Positions 1 to 8,214 of a stretch of DNA of 17,745 bases are shown piece after piece; positions within the stretch are counted from its first letter, which is position 1; each line of letters opens with the position of its first letter. Source of the DNA: Betaproteobacteria bacterium (GTDB lineage Bacteria; Pseudomonadota; Gammaproteobacteria; Burkholderiales; Casimicrobiaceae); assembly GCA_031410015.1 (NCBI GenBank), contig JANNYI010000133.1, positions 1 to 17,745 of the forward strand, read 5' to 3'. Both the position numbers and the translations under genes were made by a program. Below the pieces are notes generated by a model, which saw only the letters and a list, made by a program, of their open reading frames with translations, was not told the DNA's origin and ran no database searches.

Positions 1-19
1 CGCGTGTTCCGGCGCCCGT

Positions 20-66
20 GGCAAAAAATCCGCGGTCGGCTTCATCGACCCGCCCATTTTTTTGCC
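20..66 (+). terminator. Candidate bidirectional intrinsic terminator for genes flanking the left edge
   Basis: GGCAAAAAA (20-28) and TTTTTTGCC (58-66) flank a GC stem: GCGGTCG (32-38), loop gcttcat, CGACC(c)GC (46-53, one bulged C), followed by cca and T7 (57-63). The A6 tract on the left makes it a candidate terminator on both strands. Confidence 0.6.
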
Positions 67-124
67 GTCGGGCGCTTGAACACACGCCTTGCGGCGACTA
101 AGCCCGCCCCGGCCGGCGCGCCCC

Positions 125-249
125 GCACCGAGCCACGCCGAACGGAACACGCACCGAGCCACGCCGAACGGAACACGCACCGAGCCACGCCGAACGGAAC
201 ACGCACCGAGCCACGCCGAACGGAACACGCACCGAACCGCGACGAACAG
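125..249. repeat. 26-bp direct tandem repeat: four identical copies plus one degenerate partial copy
   Basis: Unit GCACCGAGCCACGCCGAACGGAACAC at 125-150, 151-176, 177-202 and 203-228, followed by the diverged GCACCGAACCGCGACGAAC from 229. Confidence 0.95.
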
Positions 250-308
250 TTCAGAACGCCGCATGCCGGCGTGCAATCGCATTCCATGCGCCAAAACGCC
301 ACTGCCTA

Positions 309-337
309 TTGACAACTGACTGCGGGTCACTTAGGCT
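309..337 (+). promoter_or_regulatory. Candidate sigma70 promoter for the tetR-RND operon
   Basis: Perfect -35 TTGACA (309-314), 17-nt spacer, weak -10-like TAGGCT (332-337), about 50 bp upstream of the TetR start codon. Confidence 0.5.
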
Positions 338-364
338 TCGAATTCAAGTGACCCGCAGTCAGTT
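314..364. promoter_or_regulatory. Candidate TetR operator: perfect 19-bp inverted repeat with 13-bp spacer
   Basis: AACTGACTGCGGGTCACTT (314-332) and its exact reverse complement AAGTGACCCGCAGTCAGTT (346-364). Each arm contains an internal TGAC-N5-GTCA dyad (317-329 and 349-361). The left arm fills the -35/-10 spacer. Confidence 0.75.
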
Positions 365-387
365 AATGATCAGGGAAGGGCTTCAAC

Positions 388-1080
388 ATGGTCATCCGCC
401 AGCGCGCCATCCAGGCTGAAGACAAGCAGGAGCGCCACCACGCGATTCTCGACGCCGCCGAGCGCCTGCTGCTGCGTGCGCCTGACCGCGTGGCCAACGT
501 CGCCGAGGTCGCGGACGAGGCCGGCCTGGCCAAGGGCACGGTCTATCTCTACTTCCCCAGCAAGGAAGAACTGCTGCTGGCCGTGCACGAGCGCAACATC
601 GACGCATTTTTCACCGCCCTCATTGCGCGGATGCAGAGCGACACGCCGGCGGCCATCGACGATGTGCTGGACCTGACCCACCGCTACATGGTGGAGCCGC
701 CGCTGTTCCTCCCGCTGGCGGCGCGCTGCTTCGGCCTCATGGGGCAAAGCGTGGCGCCCGAGGCCGGTCAGGAATTCAAGCGCCGGATGGCGGTGCGCCT
801 GCAGGCGGCGGGCGCCGGGCTGGAGCGCCACTTTCCGGAGCTTGGCGCGGGCGGCGGCGTGGCGCTGCTGCACTACAGCTATGCGCTGATCATCGGACTC
901 TGGCAGATGTCACCGGCGGCGCAGGGCGGCACCTCAACGTGTCCGCTTGCGGATGCGGCATCGCCGATCTTCGACTATTCCTATCCGGACGAACTCGATC
1001 GCGCGCTGCGTGCGCTCTGGGAAGGCACGGTCGGCCGCCCGCTGCAACCGGCATCCGGACTGACGGAGGTTCACGCATGA
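388..1080 (+). CDS. TetR/AcrR family transcriptional regulator
   Basis: N-terminal HTH region ILDAAERLLLRAPDRVANVAEVADEAGLAKGTVYLYFPSKEELLLAV is typical of TetR. Purine-rich RBS region (GGGAAGGG) upstream. Directly precedes RND efflux genes. Confidence 0.93.
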   Translation: MVIRQRAIQAEDKQERHHAILDAAERLLLRAPDRVANVAEVADEAGLAKGTVYLYFPSKEELLLAVHERNIDAFFTALIARMQSDTPAAIDDVLDLTHRYMVEPPLFLPLAARCFGLMGQSVAPEAGQEFKRRMAVRLQAAGAGLERHFPELGAGGGVALLHYSYALIIGLWQMSPAAQGGTSTCPLADAASPIFDYSYPDELDRALRALWEGTVGRPLQPASGLTEVHA

Positions 1081-2249
1081 GTGCGCGCACGTTGAGTCTT
1101 GGCGCGGTGGCGCTGGCGGCCGCGGTACTGCTTGCCGCCTGCGGCGCCAAGGAGCCGCCCGCGCCACCGGTGCGGCCGGTGGTGTTGACCAAGGTGACCG
1201 TAGGGGCGGGCGCGGACTCCTCGGTGTTCGCCGGCGAGGTGCGGCCGCGCCACGAAACCGACCTCGGCTTTCGCATCGCGGGCAAACTGGCCGAGCGCAT
1301 GGTCGACACCGGCGCTCGCGTGCGGCGCGGCCAGGCGCTGGCGCGGCTCGATCCCGCCGACGTCGGCCTGCAGGCCGAAGCCGCCAAGGCCCAGGTCGCC
1401 GCCACCGAAACCGAGTACAAGTTCGCGCAGGCCGAATTCGAACGCTACCAGACGCTGTTGCGCGAGAAATTCATCAGCGCCTCCGCGCTCGATGCCAAGC
1501 GCAATGCGGCCGACGCCAATCGCGCCAAGTGGGAGCAGGCCCGTGCCAACCTCGCCGTCGCGCAGAACCAGTCGAGTTATGCCACGCTGGTGGCCAATGA
1601 AGACGGCGTGATCACCGCGGTCAATGCGGAGCCCGGGCAGGTGGTCACCGTGGGCCAGGCCGTGGTCCGGCTTGCGCGCGAGACCGAGCGCGAAGTGCTG
1701 ATCAGCGTTCCCGAAAACCGGCTGCGCGAGCTGACGGCCGCCGGGCAACTGGTGGTCGCCCTGTGGGCCAATCCTGCCAAGCTGTACCAGGGGCGCGTGC
1801 GTGAAGTGTCACCCACCGTGGATCCCGCCACCCGCACCTTTGCCGTGCGCGTGTCGATCCTCGACGCCGATCCCGCGGTGCAGTGGGGAATGACGGCCAA
1901 TGTCGGTGCCGTGAACGCCACCGCGATGCCTACCGCCGTGCTGCCGCTGACCTCGATCTACCAGAAGGATGGCAAGCCGGCGGTCTGGCGCTACGACCCG
2001 GGCACGCATGTGGTCACGCTGGTTCCGATCACCGTGGCGCAGTATCGGGAGGACGGCGTCGTGGTGACGAGCGGCGTTGCCGACGGCGATGTGATCGTCG
2101 CGGCGGGCGTCCACAAGCTGCAGCCGGGCCAGGTGGTGCGGCCCTACGAAGGCGGCAAGGACGTCAAGCCGGCCGCGCCACCTGCCGCCGCGGGCCCGCG
2201 CGATGCCTCGGGCACCGTCGCGCCGGTGGGCACACCCGCGCGCAGCTGA
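1077..2249 (+). CDS. RND efflux periplasmic adaptor subunit (membrane fusion lipoprotein)
   Basis: MSARTLSLGAVALAAAVLLAACGAKE has a lipoprotein signal with lipobox LAAC. Adaptor core motifs GxVRPRHETDLGFRIAGKLAERMVDTGARVRRGQALARLD and ANEDGVITAVNAEPGQVVTVGQAVVRLA. Start overlaps the tetR stop (ATGA, 1077-1080). Confidence 0.93.
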   Translation: MSARTLSLGAVALAAAVLLAACGAKEPPAPPVRPVVLTKVTVGAGADSSVFAGEVRPRHETDLGFRIAGKLAERMVDTGARVRRGQALARLDPADVGLQAEAAKAQVAATETEYKFAQAEFERYQTLLREKFISASALDAKRNAADANRAKWEQARANLAVAQNQSSYATLVANEDGVITAVNAEPGQVVTVGQAVVRLARETEREVLISVPENRLRELTAAGQLVVALWANPAKLYQGRVREVSPTVDPATRTFAVRVSILDADPAVQWGMTANVGAVNATAMPTAVLPLTSIYQKDGKPAVWRYDPGTHVVTLVPITVAQYREDGVVVTSGVADGDVIVAAGVHKLQPGQVVRPYEGGKDVKPAAPPAAAGPRDASGTVAPVGTPARS

Positions 2250-2270
2250 CGCCTTGCCCGGATACCCGAC

Positions 2271-5200
2271 ATGACCATTCCCACCGTACCCGGTGGCGCG
2301 GCCGGTTCGCGCTTCAATCTCTCCGAATGGGCGCTGCGGCATCGTTCCATCGTGCTGTTTGCGATCATCGCGTTTGCCGTTGCCGGAATCCTTTCCTACC
2401 AGCGACTTGGGCAGTCGGAGGACCCGCCGTTCACGTTTCGCGTCATGGTGGTCAAGACCAACTGGCCGGGTGCCAGCGCGCTCGAAGTCGAGCAGCAGGT
2501 CACCGACCGGATCGAGCGCAAGCTGCAGGAAGTGGCCAACATCGACTGGGTGCGCAGTTATTCGAAGCCCGGAGAGTCGCTGGTGCTGTTCGCGCTCAAG
2601 GATTCGGCGCCGGTGACCAGCGTGCCGGAGGCCTTCGACCGCGTGCGCAAGAAGATCGGCGACATCCGCAACCAGATGCCTGCCGGCATCCAGGGCCCGT
2701 TCTTCAACGACGAGTTCGGCGACACCTACACCAACATCTATGCATTGACCGGCGACGGCTTCGGCTACAAGGAGTTGAAGGAGTTCGGCGACCGGATGCG
2801 CTCCGAACTGCTGCGGGTGCCGGGGGTGGCCAAGGTCGACTTCATAGGCGAGCAGGAAGAAAAGGTCTTCATCGAGCTGTCCAACGCCAAGTTGGCCACG
2901 CTGGGTGTCGATCCCACGCAGATCATCGAGACCCTGGCGCGACAGAACGCCGTGGCGGCTGCCGGCGTGTTCGACACCAGCACCGACCGGATCTTCGTGC
3001 GTCCCTCCGGCGCTTTCGACAGTGTGGAGGCGATTCGCGACATCGCCATCCGCGCCAACAACAGGCTGTTCCGCCTGGGCGACATCGCCACAGTCACGCG
3101 CGGCTACGTCGACCCGCCGCAGCAGAAGATGCGCTGGCACGGTCGCGAGGCGCTCGGCCTCGGCGTCACGATGGTCAAGGGCGGCGACGTCATCGAGCTG
3201 GGTCATGCCCTGGACGCGGCCGCCGAACGGGTGCAGGCGCAGCTGCCCGTCGGCGTGGAACTGGGCCACGTGGCCAGCATGCCGCGCGCCGTCCAGCGCT
3301 CGATCAACCAGTTCCTGCGCTCGCTCGCCGAAGCGGTGCTGATCGTGCTGGCGGTCTCGCTCGTCAGCCTGGGGCTGCGCACCGGGCTCGTGGTGGCGGT
3401 ATCCATTCCGCTGGTGCTTGCCGTGACGTTCCTCTGCATGTGGCTCTTCGACATCGGGTTGCACAAGATCTCGCTCGGGGCACTGATCCTGTCGCTGGGT
3501 CTTCTCGTCGACGACGCGATCATCGCCGTCGAAATGATGGCGATCAAGCTGGAGCAGGGCTTCGATCGCTTTTCCGCCGCCAGCTTCGCCTATACCAGCA
3601 CGGCGTTTCCGATGCTGACCGGCACGCTCGTCACCGTGGCCGGATTCCTGCCGATCGCCACGGCGAAAAGCGGAACGGGCGAATACACGCGTTCGATCTT
3701 CCAGGTGTCGGCGATCGCCCTCATCGCTTCGTGGGTCGTGGCGGTGGTGGTGATTCCCTACCTCGGCTACAAGATGCTGCCCGACTTCTCGAAGCCGCGT
3801 CCGGCGCCCCTGTGGCGGCGGTGGCTGGCCCGCATGCGCGGGCAGCCGGCGCCGGCGCCGATCCCGGCGCACCATGGCGACGCCGACGCCGTGTACCGGA
3901 CACCCTTCTACAACCGGCTGCGCAGCACCATCACGTTGTGCGTCGCGCATCGCAAGATCGTGCTCTTCGGCACGCTGGCGATCTTCGTCGGCGCGCTGGC
4001 GCTGTTCCGCTTCGTGCCGCAGCAGTTCTTCCCCGCATCGTCGCGGATGGAACTCCTGGTCGACCTGCGACTGCCGGAGGGCAGTTCGTTTGCGGCATCG
4101 ATGGCGGCAACGCAGAAGTTCGAGAAGATCCTGGAGCAGGATCCCGGCGTCGAGAGCTTCGTCTCCTATGTCGGAAGTGGCTCGCCGCGCTTCTACCTCC
4201 CGCTCGACCAGCAACTGCAGCAGGCCAATTTTGCGCAGGTGGTGCTGATCGCCAAGAGCATCGAGGCGCGCGAACAGGTGCGCACCCGCATCCTCGACCT
4301 CTTCGCCGTCGACTTCCCGGAGTTGCGCGGGCGGGTGTCCCGACTCGAAAACGGGCCGCCGGTGGGCTTCCCCGTCCAGTTTCGCGTCTCCGGCGAAAAC
4401 GTCGCCACCGTGCGCGCGCTGGCGCAGAAAGTGGCGGAGGTGCTGCGGCGCGACCCCGACACGGATCAGGTGCAGTTCGACTGGGACGAGCCGTCGAAGG
4501 TGATCCGCGTCATCGTCGACCAGAACAAGGCGCGCGTGCTGGGCATTTCGTCGCAGGAACTCGCCACGTTCCTCAACAACTCGCTGTCGGGCTATTCGGT
4601 CACGTACTTCCGCGAGCGCGACAAGCAGATCGAGGTCGTGCTGCGCGGCGCGGCGGACGAGCGCGCGAAGATGAGCTTCCTCAAGGACCTGGCGCTCCCC
4701 ACGCGCGGCGGACGCGCCGTGCCGATCACGCAGATCGCGGAGATCAAGTACGACCTCGAGCCGGGCATCGTGTGGCGCCGCAACGAGCTGCCTACGATCA
4801 CCGTGCGCTCGGATGTGCGCGGGAACGCGCAGGGACCCGACGTGGCCGCCCGCATCGAACGCGAACTTGGCGCGCTGCGCGCCGGCCTGCCGCTCGGCTA
4901 CCGGATCGAGATCGGCGGCGCCATCGAGGACTCGACGCGCGGCCAGCGCTCGATCGCCGCGGGCATGCCGCTCCTGGTCATTGTCGTGCTGTCGCTGCTG
5001 ATGATCCAGTTGCAGAGCTTCGCGCGCGTATTCATGGTCGTGCTGACGGCGCCGCTCGGGTTGATCGGCGTCGTGATCGCGCTGCTGGCCTTCGGCAAGC
5101 CGTTCGGCTTCGTTGCGCTGCTGGGAACGATTGCGCTCGCCGGCATCATCATGCGCAACTCCGTCATCCTGGTGGACCAGATCGACCAGGACATCGCCGC

Positions 5201-5453
5201 GGGACATGTGCCGTGGGACGCGGTGGTCGGCGCGACGGTGCGCCGTTTCCGCCCGATCGTGCTCACCGCCGCGGCGGCGGTGCTGGCGCTGATTCCGTTG
5301 GCGCGCAGCGACTTCTTCGGGCCGATGGCCGTGGCGATGATGGGGGGCATCGTCGTGGCCACCGCCCTCACGCTGCTGTTCCTGCCCGCGCTCTATGCGC
5401 AGTGGTTCCGCGTACGCGCGGAGGCGCCGGCGGATGCGCTGCTGCCCGAATGA
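2271..5453 (+). CDS. RND family efflux permease (AcrB/MexB-like superfamily)
   Basis: 1060 aa. Start FNLSEWALRHRSIVLFAIIAFAVAGILSYQRLGQSEDPPF, TM4 GLLVDDAIIAVEMM with the tandem Asp pair, C-terminal LAGIIMRNSVILVDQID, repeated RND topology. Follows the adaptor gene. Confidence 0.95.
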   Translation: MTIPTVPGGAAGSRFNLSEWALRHRSIVLFAIIAFAVAGILSYQRLGQSEDPPFTFRVMVVKTNWPGASALEVEQQVTDRIERKLQEVANIDWVRSYSKPGESLVLFALKDSAPVTSVPEAFDRVRKKIGDIRNQMPAGIQGPFFNDEFGDTYTNIYALTGDGFGYKELKEFGDRMRSELLRVPGVAKVDFIGEQEEKVFIELSNAKLATLGVDPTQIIETLARQNAVAAAGVFDTSTDRIFVRPSGAFDSVEAIRDIAIRANNRLFRLGDIATVTRGYVDPPQQKMRWHGREALGLGVTMVKGGDVIELGHALDAAAERVQAQLPVGVELGHVASMPRAVQRSINQFLRSLAEAVLIVLAVSLVSLGLRTGLVVAVSIPLVLAVTFLCMWLFDIGLHKISLGALILSLGLLVDDAIIAVEMMAIKLEQGFDRFSAASFAYTSTAFPMLTGTLVTVAGFLPIATAKSGTGEYTRSIFQVSAIALIASWVVAVVVIPYLGYKMLPDFSKPRPAPLWRRWLARMRGQPAPAPIPAHHGDADAVYRTPFYNRLRSTITLCVAHRKIVLFGTLAIFVGALALFRFVPQQFFPASSRMELLVDLRLPEGSSFAASMAATQKFEKILEQDPGVESFVSYVGSGSPRFYLPLDQQLQQANFAQVVLIAKSIEAREQVRTRILDLFAVDFPELRGRVSRLENGPPVGFPVQFRVSGENVATVRALAQKVAEVLRRDPDTDQVQFDWDEPSKVIRVIVDQNKARVLGISSQELATFLNNSLSGYSVTYFRERDKQIEVVLRGAADERAKMSFLKDLALPTRGGRAVPITQIAEIKYDLEPGIVWRRNELPTITVRSDVRGNAQGPDVAARIERELGALRAGLPLGYRIEIGGAIEDSTRGQRSIAAGMPLLVIVVLSLLMIQLQSFARVFMVVLTAPLGLIGVVIALLAFGKPFGFVALLGTIALAGIIMRNSVILVDQIDQDIAAGHVPWDAVVGATVRRFRPIVLTAAAAVLALIPLARSDFFGPMAVAMMGGIVVATALTLLFLPALYAQWFRVRAEAPADALLPE

Positions 5454-6079
5454 GGATCCTGGTGATCGGTGGCACCCGCGGCCTGGGGCTGGCGGTGGTT
5501 CGTGCGGCGTTCGAGGCGCAGCATACGTTGACGGTGCTCGCGCGCCACGTCGGTGACTTCGAGGCGCCGGTCAACGGGGTGCGCATGGTCGTCGGCGATG
5601 CCGGCGATGCGGCCGACGTCGAGCGCGCGATCGCGGGCCAGGATGCGGTGGTCTGGGCGGTCGGGGTGGCCCCGACCCGGCGCCCCGTCCACGTCTTTTC
5701 CCGCGGAACCCAGTACATGCTGGCGTCGATGGAGCGCTTCGGCGTGCGGCGGCTGCTGTGCGTGACGGGCGTGGGCGCGGGCGACAGCAAGGGCCAGGGG
5801 GGCTTCCTGCAGGCGGCGATCATGCAGCCGCTGCTGCGCCGGACCATCTTCGAGGACAAGAGCCGGCAGGAGGCCCAGATCCGTGCCAGCGCGCTCGACT
5901 GGACCATCGTCCGTCCCGCGGCGCTCGCCGACGGACCCGCCACCGGTGCCTGCGCCGCCCATGTGCTGCCCGACGTCGCCGTGGCCCGGCGCATCCGGCG
6001 CGCTGACGTCGCCGCATTTATCGTCGGCAACGTCGACGCGTCCCGCTACCTGCGCAAGTCGGTGCTGCTCACGGCCTGA
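5450..6079 (+). CDS. NAD(P)-binding Rossmann oxidoreductase, NAD(P)H-binding/NmrA-like SDR
   Basis: MRILVIGGTRGLGLAVVRAAF (glycine-rich nucleotide-binding motif), VVGDAGDAADVERAIAGQDAVVWAVG, LDWTIVRPAALADG. ATGA overlap with the permease stop. Confidence 0.85.
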   Translation: MRILVIGGTRGLGLAVVRAAFEAQHTLTVLARHVGDFEAPVNGVRMVVGDAGDAADVERAIAGQDAVVWAVGVAPTRRPVHVFSRGTQYMLASMERFGVRRLLCVTGVGAGDSKGQGGFLQAAIMQPLLRRTIFEDKSRQEAQIRASALDWTIVRPAALADGPATGACAAHVLPDVAVARRIRRADVAAFIVGNVDASRYLRKSVLLTA

Positions 6080-6172
6080 GCCGGCGGGGATGGCTGGCCC
6101 GGTGGGGTAAACTTGCAGTCTTGCGGCGCGCGGCGTTTGGCGTGCTGCCCATTTCCCACGAGACCATCGATC

Positions 6173-7279
6173 ATGGCGCTGGCTTCCACTCTCGAGATCG
6201 TTGCCGAACTGAAGGCCGGCCGCATGGTCGTGCTGGTCGACGAGGAGGATCGCGAGAACGAAGGCGATCTCGTGCTCGCGGCCGAGTATGTGACCGCGGA
6301 GGCGATCAACTTCATGGCGCGGCATGCGCGCGGGCTCATCTGCCTCACGCTCACCGAAGAGCGCTGCCGGCAACTCGCGTTGCCGCTGATGGTGACCAAC
6401 AACCGGTCGGGCACCGGCACCAACTTCACGATGTCGATCGAGGCGGCCGAGGGTGTCACCACCGGCATCTCGGCGGCCGATCGCGCGCGCACGGTGCTGG
6501 CGGCCGTGGCGCCCGACGCGAGGCCTGCCGACATCGTCCAGCCGGGACACATCTTTCCCGTCATGGCGCAGCCCGGCGGCGTGCTGGTGCGCGCCGGCCA
6601 CACGGAGGCGGGGTGCGATCTCGCGCGGATGGCGGGCCTGATGCCGGCCGCGGTGATCTGCGAGATTATGAAGGACGACGGCACGATGGCGCGCATGCCC
6701 GACCTCCTGACGTTTGCGGAGGCGCATGGCCTCAAGGTGGGTGCCATCACAGACCTCATCCATTACCGCAGCCGCACCGAACGCATCATCGAGCGCATCG
6801 CCGAGCGGCCGCTCAACACGCCGCACGGCGCCTTCCGACTCGTCGTGTACCGCGACAAGCTGTCCGATGCCACGCATCTCGCGCTGGTGCGGGGACCGAT
6901 CGCGCCCGATGTCGAGACGCTGGTGCGCGTGCACGAGCCGCTGTCCGTGATGGACCTGCTGGACGGCGAGTCCGCGTCCCACTCGTGGACGATCCCCGGC
7001 GCGCTGGCGGCCATCAGCGAAGCCGGCCGCGGCGTCGTGGTGCTGCTGCATCGGCCGGAAAGCGCCGTCGAGCTGCGCCGGCGCGCGGTGGCCGACGCGC
7101 CGGCACCGGCCAACAAGATGGACCTGCGCAACTACGGCATCGGCGCGCAGATCCTGCGCGATCTCAACGTCGGCCGGATGCGCCTCCTGTCCAAGCCGCG
7201 CAAGATGCCGAGCATGGCCGGCTTCAACCTCGAAGTGACCGGCTACGCCAGCGAGCCGCCGGCACGCAAGTCCTCCTGA
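6173..7279 (+). CDS. ribBA: 3,4-dihydroxy-2-butanone-4-phosphate synthase fused to a degenerate GTP cyclohydrolase II-like domain (RibBX-type)
   Basis: DHBP synthase motifs VVLVDEEDRENEGDLVLAAEYVT, FMARHARGLICLTL, GTGTNFTMSIEAA, PGHIFPVMAQPGGVLVRAGHTEAGCDLARMAGL. The C-terminal half keeps a GCHII-like outline (HLALVRG...VRVHEPLS...GRGVVVLLHR) but lacks its Cys cluster. Confidence 0.9.
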   Translation: MALASTLEIVAELKAGRMVVLVDEEDRENEGDLVLAAEYVTAEAINFMARHARGLICLTLTEERCRQLALPLMVTNNRSGTGTNFTMSIEAAEGVTTGISAADRARTVLAAVAPDARPADIVQPGHIFPVMAQPGGVLVRAGHTEAGCDLARMAGLMPAAVICEIMKDDGTMARMPDLLTFAEAHGLKVGAITDLIHYRSRTERIIERIAERPLNTPHGAFRLVVYRDKLSDATHLALVRGPIAPDVETLVRVHEPLSVMDLLDGESASHSWTIPGALAAISEAGRGVVVLLHRPESAVELRRRAVADAPAPANKMDLRNYGIGAQILRDLNVGRMRLLSKPRKMPSMAGFNLEVTGYASEPPARKSS

Positions 7280-7293
7280 CACCCGCAGCCACG

Positions 7294-7761
7294 ATGACGA
7301 TCAGACGACTCCAGGGCGGCATGCCCGCGGCCACACGGCGCGTGGGCATCGTGCTGTCGCGGTTCAATCACGACGTGGGCGCCGGCCTCCTCGCCGGCGC
7401 GTTGCGCGCGCTGCGCGAAGCGGGGATCGACGATGACCAGGTCACCGTGGCCAGCGTGCCGGGCGCGCTGGAAACGCCGCTGGTGCTGCAACGGATGGCG
7501 CAGTCGGGCGACTACGATGCGCTGGTCGCGCTGGGCGCCGTGATCCGCGGCGAGACCTATCACTTCGAGATTGTTTCCAACGAATCGGCGGCGGGCGTGT
7601 CCAGCGTGGCGCTCGAGTTCGGCATCCCCATCGGCAACGGCATCCTCACCTGCGAGAACGACGCGCAGGCGCTGGCCCGCATGGACCAGAAGGGCTACGA
7701 GGCGGCGCAGGCTGCCCTCGAAATCGCGGAACTGTTCGATGTCCTCGACGAGCAAGACTAG
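7294..7761 (+). CDS. ribH: 6,7-dimethyl-8-ribityllumazine synthase
   Basis: Motifs VGIVLSRFNHDV, VPGALETPLVLQRMA, ALGAVIRGETYHFEIVSNESAAGV, GIPIGNGILTCENDAQALAR. Confidence 0.95.
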   Translation: MTIRRLQGGMPAATRRVGIVLSRFNHDVGAGLLAGALRALREAGIDDDQVTVASVPGALETPLVLQRMAQSGDYDALVALGAVIRGETYHFEIVSNESAAGVSSVALEFGIPIGNGILTCENDAQALARMDQKGYEAAQAALEIAELFDVLDEQD

Positions 7762-8200
7762 CCAGCGCCGCCGCTCGCGCGAGCTGGTGATGCAGGGCCT
7801 GTACCAGCGGCAGCTGTCGGGCAACGCGGCGCGCGACGTGCACGCCGACCTCACCACCAGCCCGGGGTTCCCGCGTGCCGACCAGCCTTACTTCGACGAG
7901 CTGTGGAGCGGCGTCGGCGAGGAGTACGACGATCTCCTGGCGCGGCTCGCGCCGTTCCTCGACCGCAAGCCCGCCGCGCTGTCGCCGGTGGAAAAGGCCA
8001 TCCTGCTGATCGGGGCGTGGGAGCTGTCGCGGCGCGTTGAAATTCCCTACCGGGTCGTCATCAACGAGTCGGTGGAGCTCGCCAAGTCCTTCGGCGGCAC
8101 CGACGGCCATCGCTACGTCAATGGCGTGCTGGACCGCTTTGCCGCCGACGTGCGCGCCGTCGAGATCGCGGCGGGCAAGCGCGACGCCGCGCCGGGCTGA
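7739..8200 (+). CDS. nusB: Transcription antitermination factor NusB
   Basis: MSSTSKTSQRRRSRELVMQGLYQRQLSG, LSPVEKAILLIGAWELSRRVEIPYRVVINESVELAKSFGGTDGHRYVNGVLDRF. Follows ribH in the usual order; proposed start overlaps ribH by 23 nt. Confidence 0.93.
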   Translation: MSSTSKTSQRRRSRELVMQGLYQRQLSGNAARDVHADLTTSPGFPRADQPYFDELWSGVGEEYDDLLARLAPFLDRKPAALSPVEKAILLIGAWELSRRVEIPYRVVINESVELAKSFGGTDGHRYVNGVLDRFAADVRAVEIAAGKRDAAPG

Positions 8201-8214
8201 CGGCCGCCAGCGCG

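Noticed and set aside
125-249. Possible CRISPR array
   Set aside because: Repeats are directly adjacent with no unique spacers and no cas genes nearby, so it is a simple tandem repeat.
4-312. 102-aa + ORF and 86-aa - ORF at the left edge
   Set aside because: Generated by the 26-bp repeat, which is stop-free in several frames; no RBS or family resemblance.
314-364. Reading the 19-bp inverted repeat as an intrinsic terminator or transposon TIR
   Set aside because: No T-tract follows on either strand, only 13 bp lie between the arms, and it coincides with a -35/-10 pair ahead of a TetR gene. An operator fits better.
1809-5207. 1132-aa antisense ORF
   Set aside because: Shadow ORF opposite the RND permease; composition rich in His/Arg/Asp/Gln with no recognisable domain.
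1883-6079. 1398-aa + strand ORF overlapping adaptor and permease genes
   Set aside because: Arg/Gly/Ala-rich, low-complexity out-of-frame translation typical of GC-rich DNA. Only its last 209 codons (from 5450) are the real Rossmann protein; the RND genes in the other frames have clear family motifs.
6080-6172. FMN riboswitch upstream of ribBA
   Set aside because: The gap is about 93 nt and I cannot see the conserved multi-stem RFN element. A covariance-model search (Rfam RF00050) would settle it.
5393-7282. 629-aa antisense ORF
   Set aside because: Shadow ORF opposite the oxidoreductase and ribBA genes; no motifs.
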